A DNA stretch of 63,705 nucleotides, the filler included, from Polymyxa betae A26-41 (taxonomy: Eukaryota; Protista; Endomyxa: Phytomyxea): NCBI GenBank assembly GCA_003693705.1. It is 8 parts of 8 records of this genome, joined end to end, with 100 filler letters (N's around TTAATTAATTAA, not from the genome) between each part and the next. Parts side by side here need not be neighbours in the genome. Positions count along the whole stretch, not along the records: positions 21,096 to 31,875 come from RBZT01000372.1; positions 31,976 to 39,570 come from RBZT01000440.1; positions 39,671 to 49,592 come from RBZT01000162.1; 5 more parts are not named here. One strand, given 5' to 3'. Made by a program: the position numbers and the translations under genes. Positions 29,130 through 41,490 of the stretch are shown here, piece after piece (positions within the stretch are counted from its first letter, which is position 1; every line of letters starts with the position of its first letter). A model generated the notes under the pieces. That model was not told where the DNA came from. It saw only the letters and a program-made list of their open reading frames with translations, and made no database searches.

Positions 29130-31749
29130 ATATATTGCAATGGTTGGTTGAATATCTGACCATATCTATGACAAGATAGAATCCAGAATCAGATCTTTCA
29201 GATGAAACATTCTCAGATCCGATGCGTTTGACCCAATGATAGTAGATGGGACTTGACCACTCAAAACGATTGATGTTTCTGATTAATGGATCATGCGGAT
29301 TGACCCGAATGCCGTGCGGAGTCTTCGTGCAATCATGATCTCGTGGTCTGGAGCGACCGAATGGTGTTTCTTCGTCATTGTATTGTTAAACGCAGCGACC
29401 CGCGTTCATGCTGACGACGAGGACGTCCAAAGACTGGTTTCCCGCATTCAACGAACCGCTTGTTTGTGCGGACGCGGACTTTGTTCCAGATGAAGACCTG
29501 CGCTCCGACTTCGACAATCTTTCGTCGGTGGTGTTTTCGGATACGCTGTCGCTGTCGATCGTGCGTCTGACGTTGTGTCGGGACTTTTTGAGTCACATTC
29601 GTCCATGATCACATCTATGATCCGGACCTGGTTGAAATCCCAGCAGACTTCTGTCCTGAAATTCGTCACGGTCTATCTGTATGGGCTGCCGGACTTTGTA
29701 TTCAATTATGTGGACGATCATGAAGGCTGTCTACTTCAGTCCTTGTTGAACCAGTCGATTTGGTCGTCGATTGAGGGTGTGATGCGGCCGCCGGATCTGT
29801 TTCAGAAGGTCATCAATCGTACTTCAACGAATGCCCTTTCTACACCCTGCTTCAACCAGGATAACGCTCTCACTACTTTCTATGATGCTTTCATGTATCT
29901 GTGCTCAAAAGTGACATGACAGGGTAACAGAAGCCGACAAAGATCAGCTGCGGTCTATGTGTCTGCGAGATCTGTTCCGTGACCTATTGTCGGGGAGATT
30001 GTCGCTCCAGGACGTACTGGACCATCTGGCGACCCCGGATCGCATCATCTGGGTTCCATCGCTTTTGTCGGCTGCCAAATGTGCGTCCGTTTTATGCTGA
30101 ATGGAGCTTCATTTCGCCTCATTGTTCCGTTATTTGTTCCATTCTCCTTTTAATCCTTTCAAACTTAATTGTTCCAATTCGTATCAAATTGAACGGTTCT
30201 GATAGTCTACTCACTCTGCATTCAGGAAAATCCCGGAACGATCTTTGTCTAATCAGTATCTGGATCTCCTTGCCGATATTCTTTGGGACTTTGTCCGTAA
30301 TATCCCCGAATATTCCTCCTATTACAACGAGAACCTAAATCCAGGAAGATCTGGTTATGCAAGTTGGGTTCTTGTCCTGCTTCACACAAGGTTCAAATTG
30401 ACTATCAGTTTCTATTCGTTTGTTCATAATTTCTCATTTAATTGTTTTCCATCTTCTTCTGTGAATCATTCATCGAGGATGTGATGGTTGATTTTGGTGT
30501 AAAATGTGTTCTTATGTTTAGTAAGCAGCTGTAAAGGCTTTTATTAATTTCTTGTTACGAATCTCTGAGTTGAGTTTTGCAGAGAATTCGGACATTCGGA
30601 GCGATCGTTACTTAGTGCGATCCACGACTATTTGGCTGGTTCAGAGACCGGATTCGATACGATCGAGTCTCGGAATTTATTCGATCTGGCTACAGTGGGA
30701 ATGACGTCACTGGACTCGGAGGAACACTTCGAGTTCTTACAGAGGTTCGGTACTACACCGGCTCTGCTGTCACTTCAACATCCATTTTATAATGGGAATA
30801 TTCACACAATTCGCCTACTGAGAACTGTTAGAAACATGAGCTCAGGAGGCGCCGCTAATGCCCGATCTGCCTCGGACAATATCGTTCTCATGATTGTGAT
30901 AGAATCTTCGACGACAAAACGATTTGGGTAACAGAAAAGTGAAAGTTTATATAGGTTCTAACATCCTCTCAGTAACAAGGTCGGCAGTTCTCCCGACCAC
31001 CCTAAACATGCAGCCGGCCGTGCTGCCTTATTCCCGAGCGGGCTCCGCCACGTCGCGGTCGCCCTCCATCAAAATTGTTAGACATCCGGGTTATACAGCC
31101 GATTTGGCACAACCGGCTCTGAACGATATCCGTCTCATAATCGGTCTCGCTCTCACCAATATGTCCAACTCCGAACTCGATTATACGTACAGGAAATTAC
31201 CCGCAGTAAAACAATGTACGTGAAGTGGGTTTTAGGGTTTAGGGTTTAGTTTGTTAAGGTGGTTTTTGCAGCTTTATTCTTGATTGCAAGAGTAGAGCCA
31301 TTGTTTGTAATAATCAGCTATTAAACTCTATCACAGGTCTGGATTTCTGTCGTAAACTAGCTCCTACGATATCCCCGAAATACGACGAAATAGACCTCAA
31401 TGTTGAATATCCTGAAGAATACTTAAAGGTTGCTGGACAGTCCAGTATGAGTCTTGGCTTTTATATGTTTAACGATATGCTTAGATGACCAAATTCGTTC
31501 ATCAAGATTGTGCAATTTGCCTGCAGAATATGGTTCCTGGTGATCTCTATGAAACATTCGTACTGATTATGTTCACTACTTTCTAATGATCTAATTGGAT
31601 AACAGGATATTGAACAATCGATCAAAGAGCAGGATCTCTGAGGTCTTCGATGTGGTCATTGGCTCCATACTAACTGCTTGCTACAAACTCTGCAAAATTG
31701 TCAACGATGCCCGAGCTGCTCGGTCCCTTTCTTAGATCATGAAGTCTAA
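29130..31749 (+). pseudogene. Decayed multi-exon gene ending in a RING-H2 finger, apparently interrupted by an insertion at ~30790-31330
   Basis: Spliced 3' end HQDCAICLQNMVPGDLYETF/DIEQSIKEQDL*GLRCGHWLHTNCLLQTLQNCQRCPSCSVPFLDHEV* (intron 31560-31605, in-frame TGA 31639-31641); upstream GC-rich exons with frameshifts; DLLADILWDFVRNIP resembles DLITDFLWNRIP of the 35282-38385 gene; 5' end not found. Confidence 0.65.
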
Positions 31750-31975
31750 TACAGAATTGTTGCATTATGGCCCCTTATTCATTATTAAAAGTCATTTGGA
31801 ATGTGTGTGTTATATAGGGGCATACAGCTCAAAGTCTATGAACCGATATCTTATAGATAAAATAAATTCAATATANNNNNNNNNNNNNNNNNNNNNNNNN
31901 NNNNNNNNNNNNNNNNNNNTTAATTAATTAANNNNNNNNNNNNNNNNNNNNNNNNNNNNNNNNNNNNNNNNNNNN

Positions 31976-32047
31976 CCCGTGCCGGGTCTCGAACCCGGAG
32001 CCTTGAGATTAAAAGTCCCACGCTCTAACCAATTGAGCTACACGGGC
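31976..32047 (-). tRNA. tRNA-Lys(UUU), last 1-2 nt cut by the spacer
   Basis: GCCCGTG acceptor stem, TAGCTCAATTGGTTAGAGC D-arm, anticodon loop CT-TTT-AA, CCGGGTTCGAGACCCGG T-arm. Confidence 0.93.
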
Positions 32048-32479
32048 GTCTGCTGACTGTTAGCATATGAGCGCTGTTAGATCAATCTCGAGATATCAAT
32101 AGCGTTGACTCAAGCTAATTCAACCGGAAGCATTGTCTTCCGCTTGCATGCTATCAAATAAAACACTTCTTCAAACACATTCCAGTTCAAAACCCTCTCC
32201 CGTCTAACACTGACAGTTAACACCAACCGCAACATTTGCAAATTGTCTGATGATTCAACTTAAGGATTTCAACCTCTCAATAAAATTCACTTCTTTAGGC
32301 AGTCATTATCGTCTGCAGTTTGTAACAACTTTCCCAACAATTCGCCCTAACCCGTAAGGTGCGCGGCTAAGATGACCCTTCTATCTTGTATAGTGATTCA
32401 ACCGTCACTGACATACCAAAGTTTCCATCACCCTTTACATAACTTCCTAAAACGTTCATGTTGATGACAATTCTAATCA

Positions 32480-32680
32480 ATAACATTAGAATAATTGTCT
32501 TTAAGCAATGTCGATCTAAGAACTTTTCGAGCCATCCATCGGCGAATGCTGGTCTTTCGCCTTCATGAATGTCGAGCTGATTACAAAACACGCGGGCTTT
32601 TCCTTTGATGAGTGGCCATTTCAACTCCACCTTCCAGTGATGGCATTGCAAAATCCATTATGACAACGCCTTATTAACGG
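32480..32680 (-). mobile_element. pogo/Tigger transposase fragment (CENP-B-type HTH)
   Basis: PLIKGKARVFCNQLDI....FADGWLEKFLDRH. Confidence 0.7.
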
Positions 32681-33119
32681 AACAGAATCTCCCTTGATCG
32701 ATAGGGCTGTTTTGTAGACCATAACTGGGCGAAGACTGCACACTTAACCACTCGTCGAGGTGTCGCTGTCACTCCAAAATCGCAAGAAGAAGTGTTGCAG
32801 TCGTGTGATTCGAGGATGGAAAAAAGCGATGCAATCTGAGCTGCATTCATTATCAGGACGTGAAGTTTAAATTGACCTCATGATGTGAGGCCGATTAGAT
32901 GCAAGGATTTATAAAATCAAGGCAATCTCAGCGCAAGAGTCGATTCCTCATGACATTGACTGGGTTATACGAAAATTTGATGATGGCTCAAGGCTGAGAT
33001 TTAAAGCGAGATTGGTTTTAAAGAGCTTCCGTGAATATAATCTGACACTTTTGCTCCTGTCGTCCGCCCCGATATAATCAGGATGATTATGGCGCTTTCT
33101 TCCATGACCAAAGGTTAAA

Positions 33120-33420
33120 CTGGTTGATATCTTGACAGCTTTTCTAAATGCCAACTCACCGAAGATGTTTACGTGGAGTGTCCTGAGGGATACCAATCAC
33201 GATCGGCGTTTGGAAAGCTGCATACGGGTTAAAACAGGCATCGCGTGCAGGGCACAACGCGTTGAATATTTTCCTGGTTGCTGAGCAGGGAAAATCCAAA
33301 ATCTCAGTCTGATTCGTGTCTATACACCAACATGACACAGATACTGGGAGGTTTGCCATTATGGCCTAAATTGTAGATGATATTACTCTGGCAGGAGACT
33401 CGAATAAGATTCGAAAAGAT
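33120..33420 (+). mobile_element. Ty1/Copia reverse transcriptase remnant
   Basis: LVDILTAFLNA, YGLKQASRA and IVDDITLAG motifs in shifted frames with stops. Confidence 0.8.
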
Positions 33421-33890
33421 TCTCGGTATTTAAAAGAATTCTGGAAACCATTGGGATTTCTGGATCAGCAACAGTACGCTGAAGAAGAAGAAATATCCAT
33501 GTATGAAAAGTGGAATTCATTCATGAAACATTTCCACTTGCGCCATAGATGATCGCGATCGTGTTTATGCCCATCAACCATGGCATCATATAATCAGAAC
33601 AAGATGTAATCCTAGACCGTCAATGGCATCAATTCTGATTGCGCAGGGCTTCGTTCTTGGTTGTTTTGTTTTAATATTGGAAGAGTCCAGTCGCTCAAGC
33701 TGTGATGATGTTTACCAATCTAAAGCCTCGTAGCGTATCATACTCTCTTTACACCTTTTGCCAACAGCCTCTAATTGGTAGACTAAATTCCGATATCCTG
33801 CATAAGAGATCACCAGTCCAAACACTCATGTTGATGTAAGAGATCGGTAGAGACCTCTATGGCTGTGACGGCATCCTCAACAACAAACAT

Positions 33891-33963
33891 GTCCGGATGG
33901 TGTAGTGGTTATCACACGCGTCTCACACACGCGAGGTCGCCAGTTCAAACCTGGCTTCGGACA
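33891..33963 (+). tRNA. tRNA-Val(CAC)
   Basis: GTCCGGA/TTCGGAC acceptor stem, anticodon arm CGCGT-CTCACAC-ACGCG, GCCAGTTCAAACCTGGC T-arm, downstream T5 Pol III terminator. Confidence 0.95.
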
Positions 33964-35281
33964 ACTTTTTCGGCCATTTCGTCCCATGCCTTGTTTCACA
34001 GCTACTCGGAATAACAGTCAATTTCGTGTTCTCCCAATTTGCGATGATTTGTATCTCAAGCAGCCTATCCACGACAATTTCCTGCTCAGCTCCTCCATCA
34101 GAGTCTCGATCTGGCGACGCTCGACATAAGCCAGCGATAGTCCTTCATCAAGAGATGGTAACAGTATCATGAGCCTATTGGAGATCCCCATCCGAACCTT
34201 TGGCTGATTTCATTTGTTTTCTTTATTGCTGGGTCCAGTTCGCGTCTGGTATATTTTCGGTCTCCCCTTTTGTCTGGATTCGGAGAGGATTTCAATTGCA
34301 TACAGTTGGATCCTCAAGCTGCAACTGACTTACATCCAATGATTTCCGAACGACCTCTGAAATGTTAATCAGGCTAGCCTTGACCATGTTGAAATTGATT
34401 CGTCGTGGGCTAATCGGATTGCGAGATCTTTAACAATGGCTGATAAGTGATCCTTAGTTGAACAATGTTGCGTATGAAAAGGCGTCCTACTTTTCCCTGC
34501 GCAAAAAATCCATTTTTATGTAGGACATAAAAGCTAATTTTCATCGATTCTCTAATTATGAAATCCGGGTCGTTTTGTATTCTGTATTAATAAGCTATTA
34601 TCCCCTCAAAGCTGTATCTAAGTATATTCTCGCTAACTCTAATGGTTTCAGAATCTCGTTCAGATATATCAGGAAAGCTGCCGATCGATCATGGGAGAGC
34701 GGGGTATTTCCATATAGCAGGAAGTCCTCTGAGAGGATCGGCTTCATCAGAATCAAAAGAATTCGATTTTGATTCTGATGTTGTCACTTGTCAGGAACAG
34801 CCTTGAGAAAAAGGAACGCACTGTACTTCCGGAATCGGAACGACATGCCAACAGCCCAAAAACATAACTCGGACAATGTAGGTCGAGTCTGATATTCCGG
34901 TAATGTAACATTACCATGAAACATGTCCACGGACCCTGGGAAAGAGAGGATTTGTGTGACGGGCATCGGAATAGCATCACAGGATGCAGCTGTTCAAAAT
35001 CCGCCATTTGGTACCAACCCGCGCCGCCTAGCGGAAATAGCGGAGCCGACCGGCCTTAATAAAACTACCCAAACCCTAACCCTAGCAAAATTTCGCCTAA
35101 ACATGGTGAAGACGGAAACAGGGAACGAGAGAGGGCTTCCTTTTAGTCTATAGGAGATAGGAGAGTCGTCACAATACTCCGCGTACGACTTAGTTGTAAT
35201 CGCAGTTATTTCGGCACAAAAAAAGTCCCGAAAGGCAACTTTATGACTTCGGGTTTCAAATTAACGGAAATCGAAGGACAA

Positions 35282-38200
35282 TCACGACTCTGTCAGCTGC
35301 GACCAGGACTCCCAGCCTGTGGGTAGCTCATATCCGGCTGCGATCAAGGCGCGGAACCGCTGTCGGGTGAGTCGGTGGGCGTGTACGCCGCGGCACACGG
35401 GACATGACAGGCTGCGACTGATCCACGGCTGGATACATTCGAGGCAGAACAGATGTTGACATGATAGACGGACAGGTTTCGAGTCTTCGTTGACATCATC
35501 AAGACAGACAGCGCATGTGGGATCCTCTTCGTCCGGAGCCTGGAGAACCGCATCGTTTAGTCAGACGACATCGTGCTGGTCAGACAGCATGCAAGTTTTG
35601 GAAAAATCACAAATTTAAATAACAACAAAAAAAACATTAAAAGCTGAAAAACAAACAAAAAAGTTTTACGAAAATACCCCGTGAGAAAAATCGTGTTTGT
35701 ACCTGATTAATTTGATGCACGATACAATCAAGCAGTGAGAAGTAGAAATTCGCTGCAACAACCAATATAAGAACTATGAATGAGTGAAGGAGGCGATCAG
35801 CCTGCATGACTCAAGTCGGACAGCTTCGGACTCCGAAACGGCTCCCATCATCTCCTGATAGACCTGCGCGTCCGCCGCGAGCCAGTGCAGCGTCTGCGAG
35901 GGCATCGGGGCGTACCAGTTCAGATATGCCACGAGGCCGCGCACATATTGCTGCGGTTGCAACAGACCGTCGTGCATCAGAGCCAGTACGGCGAGATCGT
36001 TGACGTAACGGATTCCGAGGGCGGCCGGATCGTGCCCCAAAACAGGCCCGTAATAGGTGAGTTCGTTACGCGGCAAACCTGGGTTAAAGATGGTCCGGAG
36101 TGCGTGAACGATGTCGAAGAGCGAGTCGTGTTTGGTGTCGAGCGTGCAGAAGATCAGCGCGTAGCTGATCTGAGTGAGGTTTTGGCGGACATTATCATTG
36201 CAGACAATTTATCATTGCAGACAATACGTGAGGCCTGGATTAAGTTGTATAGTAGATGAAGGTCACGTATCATGTCAGACGGACATTCTTCAGGTAACAG
36301 GTCAGTAACGATCCTGTCAGAAGTTCTGTTACTCCGATTTTGGCGCAAACAAAGAAATCCGATTTTGAAAACAAATTCAGTGAAATATTTTCTGTTACCC
36401 GGGCATGATGTGTCTGAGAAATCGAAGGATATTGTTGCAATTGTAATAGGGGACGTCCTCCACGGACATGGGCTCAGACCACATCCCTCATTCAGCACGG
36501 TCTTGGAGATCAAGTAACGTAACCAGGACTGGGCCACGGGCCAGTTGACCGTGGTCGGTTCCCGCTGTGAATCCATTCTCAAACTGAGCGTTTCAGTCAG
36601 TTAATGTAGAGTGGCGTCCGTGCCCGTGATAATGTTACCAGTCGCGCAGGATCACTCTTTGGAATATGTCCAGACAGGCGGACTCCGACATCGAGTCCAG
36701 AAACAATTCAATTGGAACTTGTTCGGAACGAAAACGATTATAAAATTCCGTGAGAATGGGCTGACTTAGACTGATAGAAATTAGGATTCCGCGAAACCGA
36801 AGAAATAATGAAAACAGAAATTTGATTCAAAAAACGGTGAAACTATGCTGGTAGAAATAACACGTTATTTTTTCAAAAAATTCTTCAAATAAAGATTACA
36901 AGAATATGCTTAAAGCTTGTTCAAAATTTGATAACAATGTTGAGGAACGAGGAAAGAAGAATGTCCGTACAGGATCATAAAAGAATTCGGGATTCGATTC
37001 CATAAAAAGTCCGTAATGAGATCAGGGATATTTAGAAAGCAGGCCGTGATATAGAACATATTGGAGCGCAGATGTGGATCCGGATCTTCGAACGCCGCAA
37101 ATAACGAATGCAGAACACCCAGATCGGTGATATGACCCTCCCCCAAGCAATACAATAGATAGAGCGTGAAGCTAGACGTCCAGAGGCGCAGATCGAGATC
37201 TCCAGTGGACATCATCACATAATCGACATCTTCAAAAGATAACACCGCGAATAGATCATTCGCGAGAGAAATATTCGTAGGATCCCACCTAAACAAAACA
37301 TGATCAGAAGGCCAGATTTCGGACACAAAAAGTCACGATACGATATGAAACAGAAAACATGCAGAAACTGAAAGTGGGTGGATTTTCGGACTTCTACGAG
37401 GTAGTGAATGAACGAAACCAAAAAGAATTGACGCAAGAGCGCAACCTGACGACTTCTTCGAGCAGCCTTCACATATGCGGATATGACTTTAGACGGACAT
37501 CAGACAGTAACGAAGTCACCATCTGCGAAAACGTCTCCAGGAGCAGATCACGGCGCGGAGCCTCGAAGATCAAAGACAGCAGCGGCCGCCCGTCCACTGT
37601 CAGCAGGGGCGGCAAGCAGCGGGCCAGTTCGACCCCGAGCCCGACGATATCGTCGTCATCGGACCATAGGGCGCGATGAATCCAGTGAAGTTCGTCGGAG
37701 TCGGATTCGGCGAGCGTCAGGCCGCGGGCAATGTCGAACAGCGTGCCGTACACGCCCTCGTTGGCTGCACCTGGTCCAACCAGAACGTGATCGATGCGCT
37801 GGAGGACGTTGGAGAAATTGTTGTAGAATTGTGTGTCCGGATTGTTGTAGCTCTGTGTAGTATGATGTAAGAAGTGAGGATCTGTACTACATACTGCAGG
37901 TCCTGTGTAGATCTCAATAAAAAACTCATTCTCAATCAGGTTCACATTCTGCCAAGCTTCAGGCCTAGAAAACAAAATTGAACTTTTGCGAAATTCAAAG
38001 TGAAAACCCAGAAACCGAGGTGAATTCGAAATTTTGGAAATTGATCACACAATAAGTAACGAATACTGTAGATCACAGAGCGAAATTAATCGGAAAAATA
38101 AACGTAAAAAAAGGCCGAAGTGAATATCCGAAGCAGCAACAACTTGTACCATTTGTGCATGGTGTTAACAAATAGACGCATCAGGCGGCGTGTCTCGGGG

Positions 38201-38385
38201 TCCAGTACGTTATCGACTGAATCGTTGATGTCGGCCATGACATTGCGGGGGGGCAACGCAGCCGCAGCCGAAAGATCGGCGGCATGCGACGGCGCCCGGG
38301 ACGGACTGGACTCGTTGTGGGCGACAGATTGCCGCCAAACGACGGCCAGTACAGTGGCGAGGACCAGTACGGTTCGTGTCGGCAT
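35282..38385 (-). pseudogene. Signal peptide + long helical region + hydrophobic segment + C-terminal C3HC4 RING finger (candidate secreted E3 ligase), disabled
   Basis: Exon 1 (38150-38385) MPTRTVLVLATVLAVVWRQSVA splices in phase to 37964; last exon (35282-35539) APDEEDPTCAVCLDD..SCQHLFCLECIQPWISRSLSCPVCR; lesions are in-frame TGA at 37469 and 37333 and a 17-bp tandem duplication at 36192-36225. Confidence 0.75.
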
Positions 38386-39984
38386 TGTGAGGACGGGAGG
38401 CTCCCGACTCAGAAGTCTGGAATGGAATCGGGGAGGACACGATCTGCGTCCCGGACTCCGTCAGTCCGCCGATTTCAGAACAATCCGCAATGATTAATCT
38501 TTTGGATTTTGTCCGACCATCGATGAGCACAAACCCTAACCCTAGATAGTAATTCCGAGATCACATCATTGGTGCCATAGCCGCTGCCTTGACTGTCATA
38601 GCCGGGCTGCGCATCCTATGGCTCCTAAAGGCGGCTAAACAATGGTGGGTGGTCCGCCAGCAACAACGAAAAACCGATTCGAAAACTTGGTTCGAAAATC
38701 GCCAACGATATTACCTGCCCTTGTTACAGGCCGGACGATCTATACAGGGGAGACCTTGACCGATTCCCAGCAAAACCGATTTGTTTGATTTCGCTCACAT
38801 CCAGATCATGTCCTTTCGCATTGATAACTAATTGTGAGTTGCTCATGGAGCTTTGTTCTGCATCATTAACGGACTTTAAAGACAAAAAATGAAGCTCCTC
38901 ATCATTCGGCTCTTTGATCTAATTTACAGTCAATACACAGAGGGACAAAACGGCTTGTCAGAATTCACCAGAAACTTGCAGAGACTGTTATAATCATTGA
39001 TAACCGTCACATCATGATTGAAGGAGTACAGAAGGTCAGTTGGAGATGATGTCTCGTCAGTACGAGGACGTTTCCGGGAGATTGTTTCAGCAGTTTGATC
39101 ATTCTGATTATGAAAATCTCAGAGATTTCTAAACCATGAGACTAGATACCGAAACATTACATTGATAGTTTCCTGAATAGGAGGTAAAGCTGGAACATTA
39201 TCTGTATCGTGTAATAAAGATGTTGATGTTGTTGGCGATTCAATACCAGCGAGAGTGTTGAATGTCTCCCGAACGCAATTTTCAGTGAATATCTGAACGA
39301 TCCATCAATTTCATATCACAACAGTCATCATCAATTGCGAAAGTGCGTGGTTGTCGTTAGGAGGTCGTGTTGGTGGGAGTCGTCTTGTGAGAGCGGCTGA
39401 GAGCAGGCACAGATCCACAGGCACGCCGGGCCTAGCCCGATGGGCGCTGGCCAACTAAGGTCAGTAGAGTACGTCCCTCTCCTCCATTACCCTGCCGGCG
39501 TCGGTCGAGCTGGTGTTGAGGGCCCTCGCAATGACACCGACGGTTCCAAAGTCTCGGGCTATGCCCAGACNNNNNNNNNNNNNNNNNNNNNNNNNNNNNN
39601 NNNNNNNNNNNNNNTTAATTAATTAANNNNNNNNNNNNNNNNNNNNNNNNNNNNNNNNNNNNNNNNNNNNTCAAGTTTTTATGATCACAGAACAATTTAA
39701 ATGGTTTCTTCAGTTGTAATAAATAATCTAACTTCTAGCTGTTTATCGTCTTCTACCCTACTTCCAATACGGCACACTAAAGGATACTTCATATGCCTCT
39801 TCTTGTATTTCAAATCGTTTTCCATTAAAAGTTTGTGGATTTCAGCCTTCGTCAGAGGCTTCGTCGGGTCTTTAAGGAACTTTAGAATACGGTTCCGGTC
39901 AGAGACCTTCAGGGCCGGGGCGCGATTGGTCTCCAGGACGGCGAGTCCGCCGGAGGCCGCGTTACGCTGTCCCGTTCCCCGATG

Positions 39985-40629
39985 GGCTTCTTCTGTTTGG
40001 TAGTTACTTTGCTGCCGATTCACATCAACCGCTCGATCTTGAGCAACGCCATTGAGGCTCAGAATCAAAGCTTGCAAACGACTTGATTCAGAAAGATTTG
40101 AATCGACTGCGAGAAACTTGGAGCGAAAGGCAAAGAACTTAAAAGCACGGCAAACAAGAATATCGTCATCAGATAAAGAGGATTTAGGATAAAGGAGATA
40201 CTGAATTGCGTCTTCAGAAGTAACGGATTCTGAGAACTTTGGATAATCTGACAGTTGAACTTTCTCTGCTGAAACCGAATAGCTAGGAGCCGCAGAAGAT
40301 AGAGCCTGCTGATTAAGCAGCTGCATTTGTTTCTCATAGAGTCGCATTTGTTGCTGCTGCGATACTAGCATCTTGGTTAGAAAAGACAACAACTCTGGCA
40401 CGGCAGTTGGAACGCTATCCAAATCCAGATTATCATCATTAGTCTTGTCACTTAGATCATCTACAGGAGACTGCGAATCGTTAAGCATAGAGTTGGAAGC
40501 GAATTCATCAGAAATAATATCAGAAAAACTAGGTCCCGAATTTGTAACCGAATGACTCTGCTTTTGAGCATTTTTCTTTTTTGAATTGTCGACCCATAGC
40601 GAAGCAGCCGAAGACGTGAAACACCTCAA
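39985..40629 (-). mobile_element. Retrotransposon gag-like ORF fragment
   Basis: Q-rich coiled segment then PKF and RLQALILSLNGVAQD, resembling an LTR-element capsid N-terminus; weak. Confidence 0.4.
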
Positions 40630-40959
40630 GACAAATTGGCCAATATGATCACGAGCGGTGTTGAGCTCGCAGAGATTCTCAATACAATGATAAACGATTT
40701 GTAATAACGAAATCGAAGTGTTTTATTATGTTAGGGGAAGATAAAGCAAACTGCAATACTGCATACTCTTAAACTGACATCATAAGATTACAGAAACAGT
40801 AATAAAATTAGCCAGATTAATCGATGCTACACGGATTCAAGCCCTTAGTAAATCCAGAAATTCATCGGAGTTGACTGATAGCCAAAATATGAGTAAATTA
40901 GAGCCATACAATATTCAATATTGTTACAAGCAGCTGAAAAAATTTTATTTCAAACTTCG

Positions 40960-41490
40960 ACCGATTTATCCATATCCGGAACTGTTGGTGTTCATGGACG
41001 AGAGCAGTAAGGATGGCCGAGGTTGTGTACGCCGACATGGATGGTCCCGTGTGAACACTCCAGCGATTTTAATCAGCCTTTTCAAAGAGGTGCGCGAGTG
41101 TCGGTATTGGCCGGTTTCGACAAGTCCGGATTATTCGCAAGGGAGACAACTCAGGACACTCTCACTCGACAGAAATTTCACACAGCTTTTCTTCGTTCAA
41201 TATGTCCATTTTGCGTGATACTGGATAATGCAAAAATCCACCAGTATCGTGAACTGGAAGAGACCATTTACAGATGTGGAGCCATGATGGTGTATCTTGC
41301 GCCATATTCGCCGCAATTGAATCCAATTGAAAAAAGGGTTTGCATCGCTGAATCAATGGCTGACCAGGAACGCAAGTGTTTCGGCTATGTCTGGAAATGG
41401 TATTACAGGCAACGATGCCTCTCTGCTCGCGTTTTCGCAATGAAGGGCATAGTTTCTATGCCTCATGTGGATATGGAGAAGACCAATTAA
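40960..41490 (+). mobile_element. Tc1/IS630 DD34E transposase remnant (frameshifted)
   Basis: LVFMDES, VILDNAKIH and YLAPYSPQLNPIE; 34 residues between the second D and E. Confidence 0.9.

Noticed and set aside
34140-34460. Possible LINE RT remnant (KSAKGSDG, like KAPGPDG)
   Set aside because: One weak motif amid many stops
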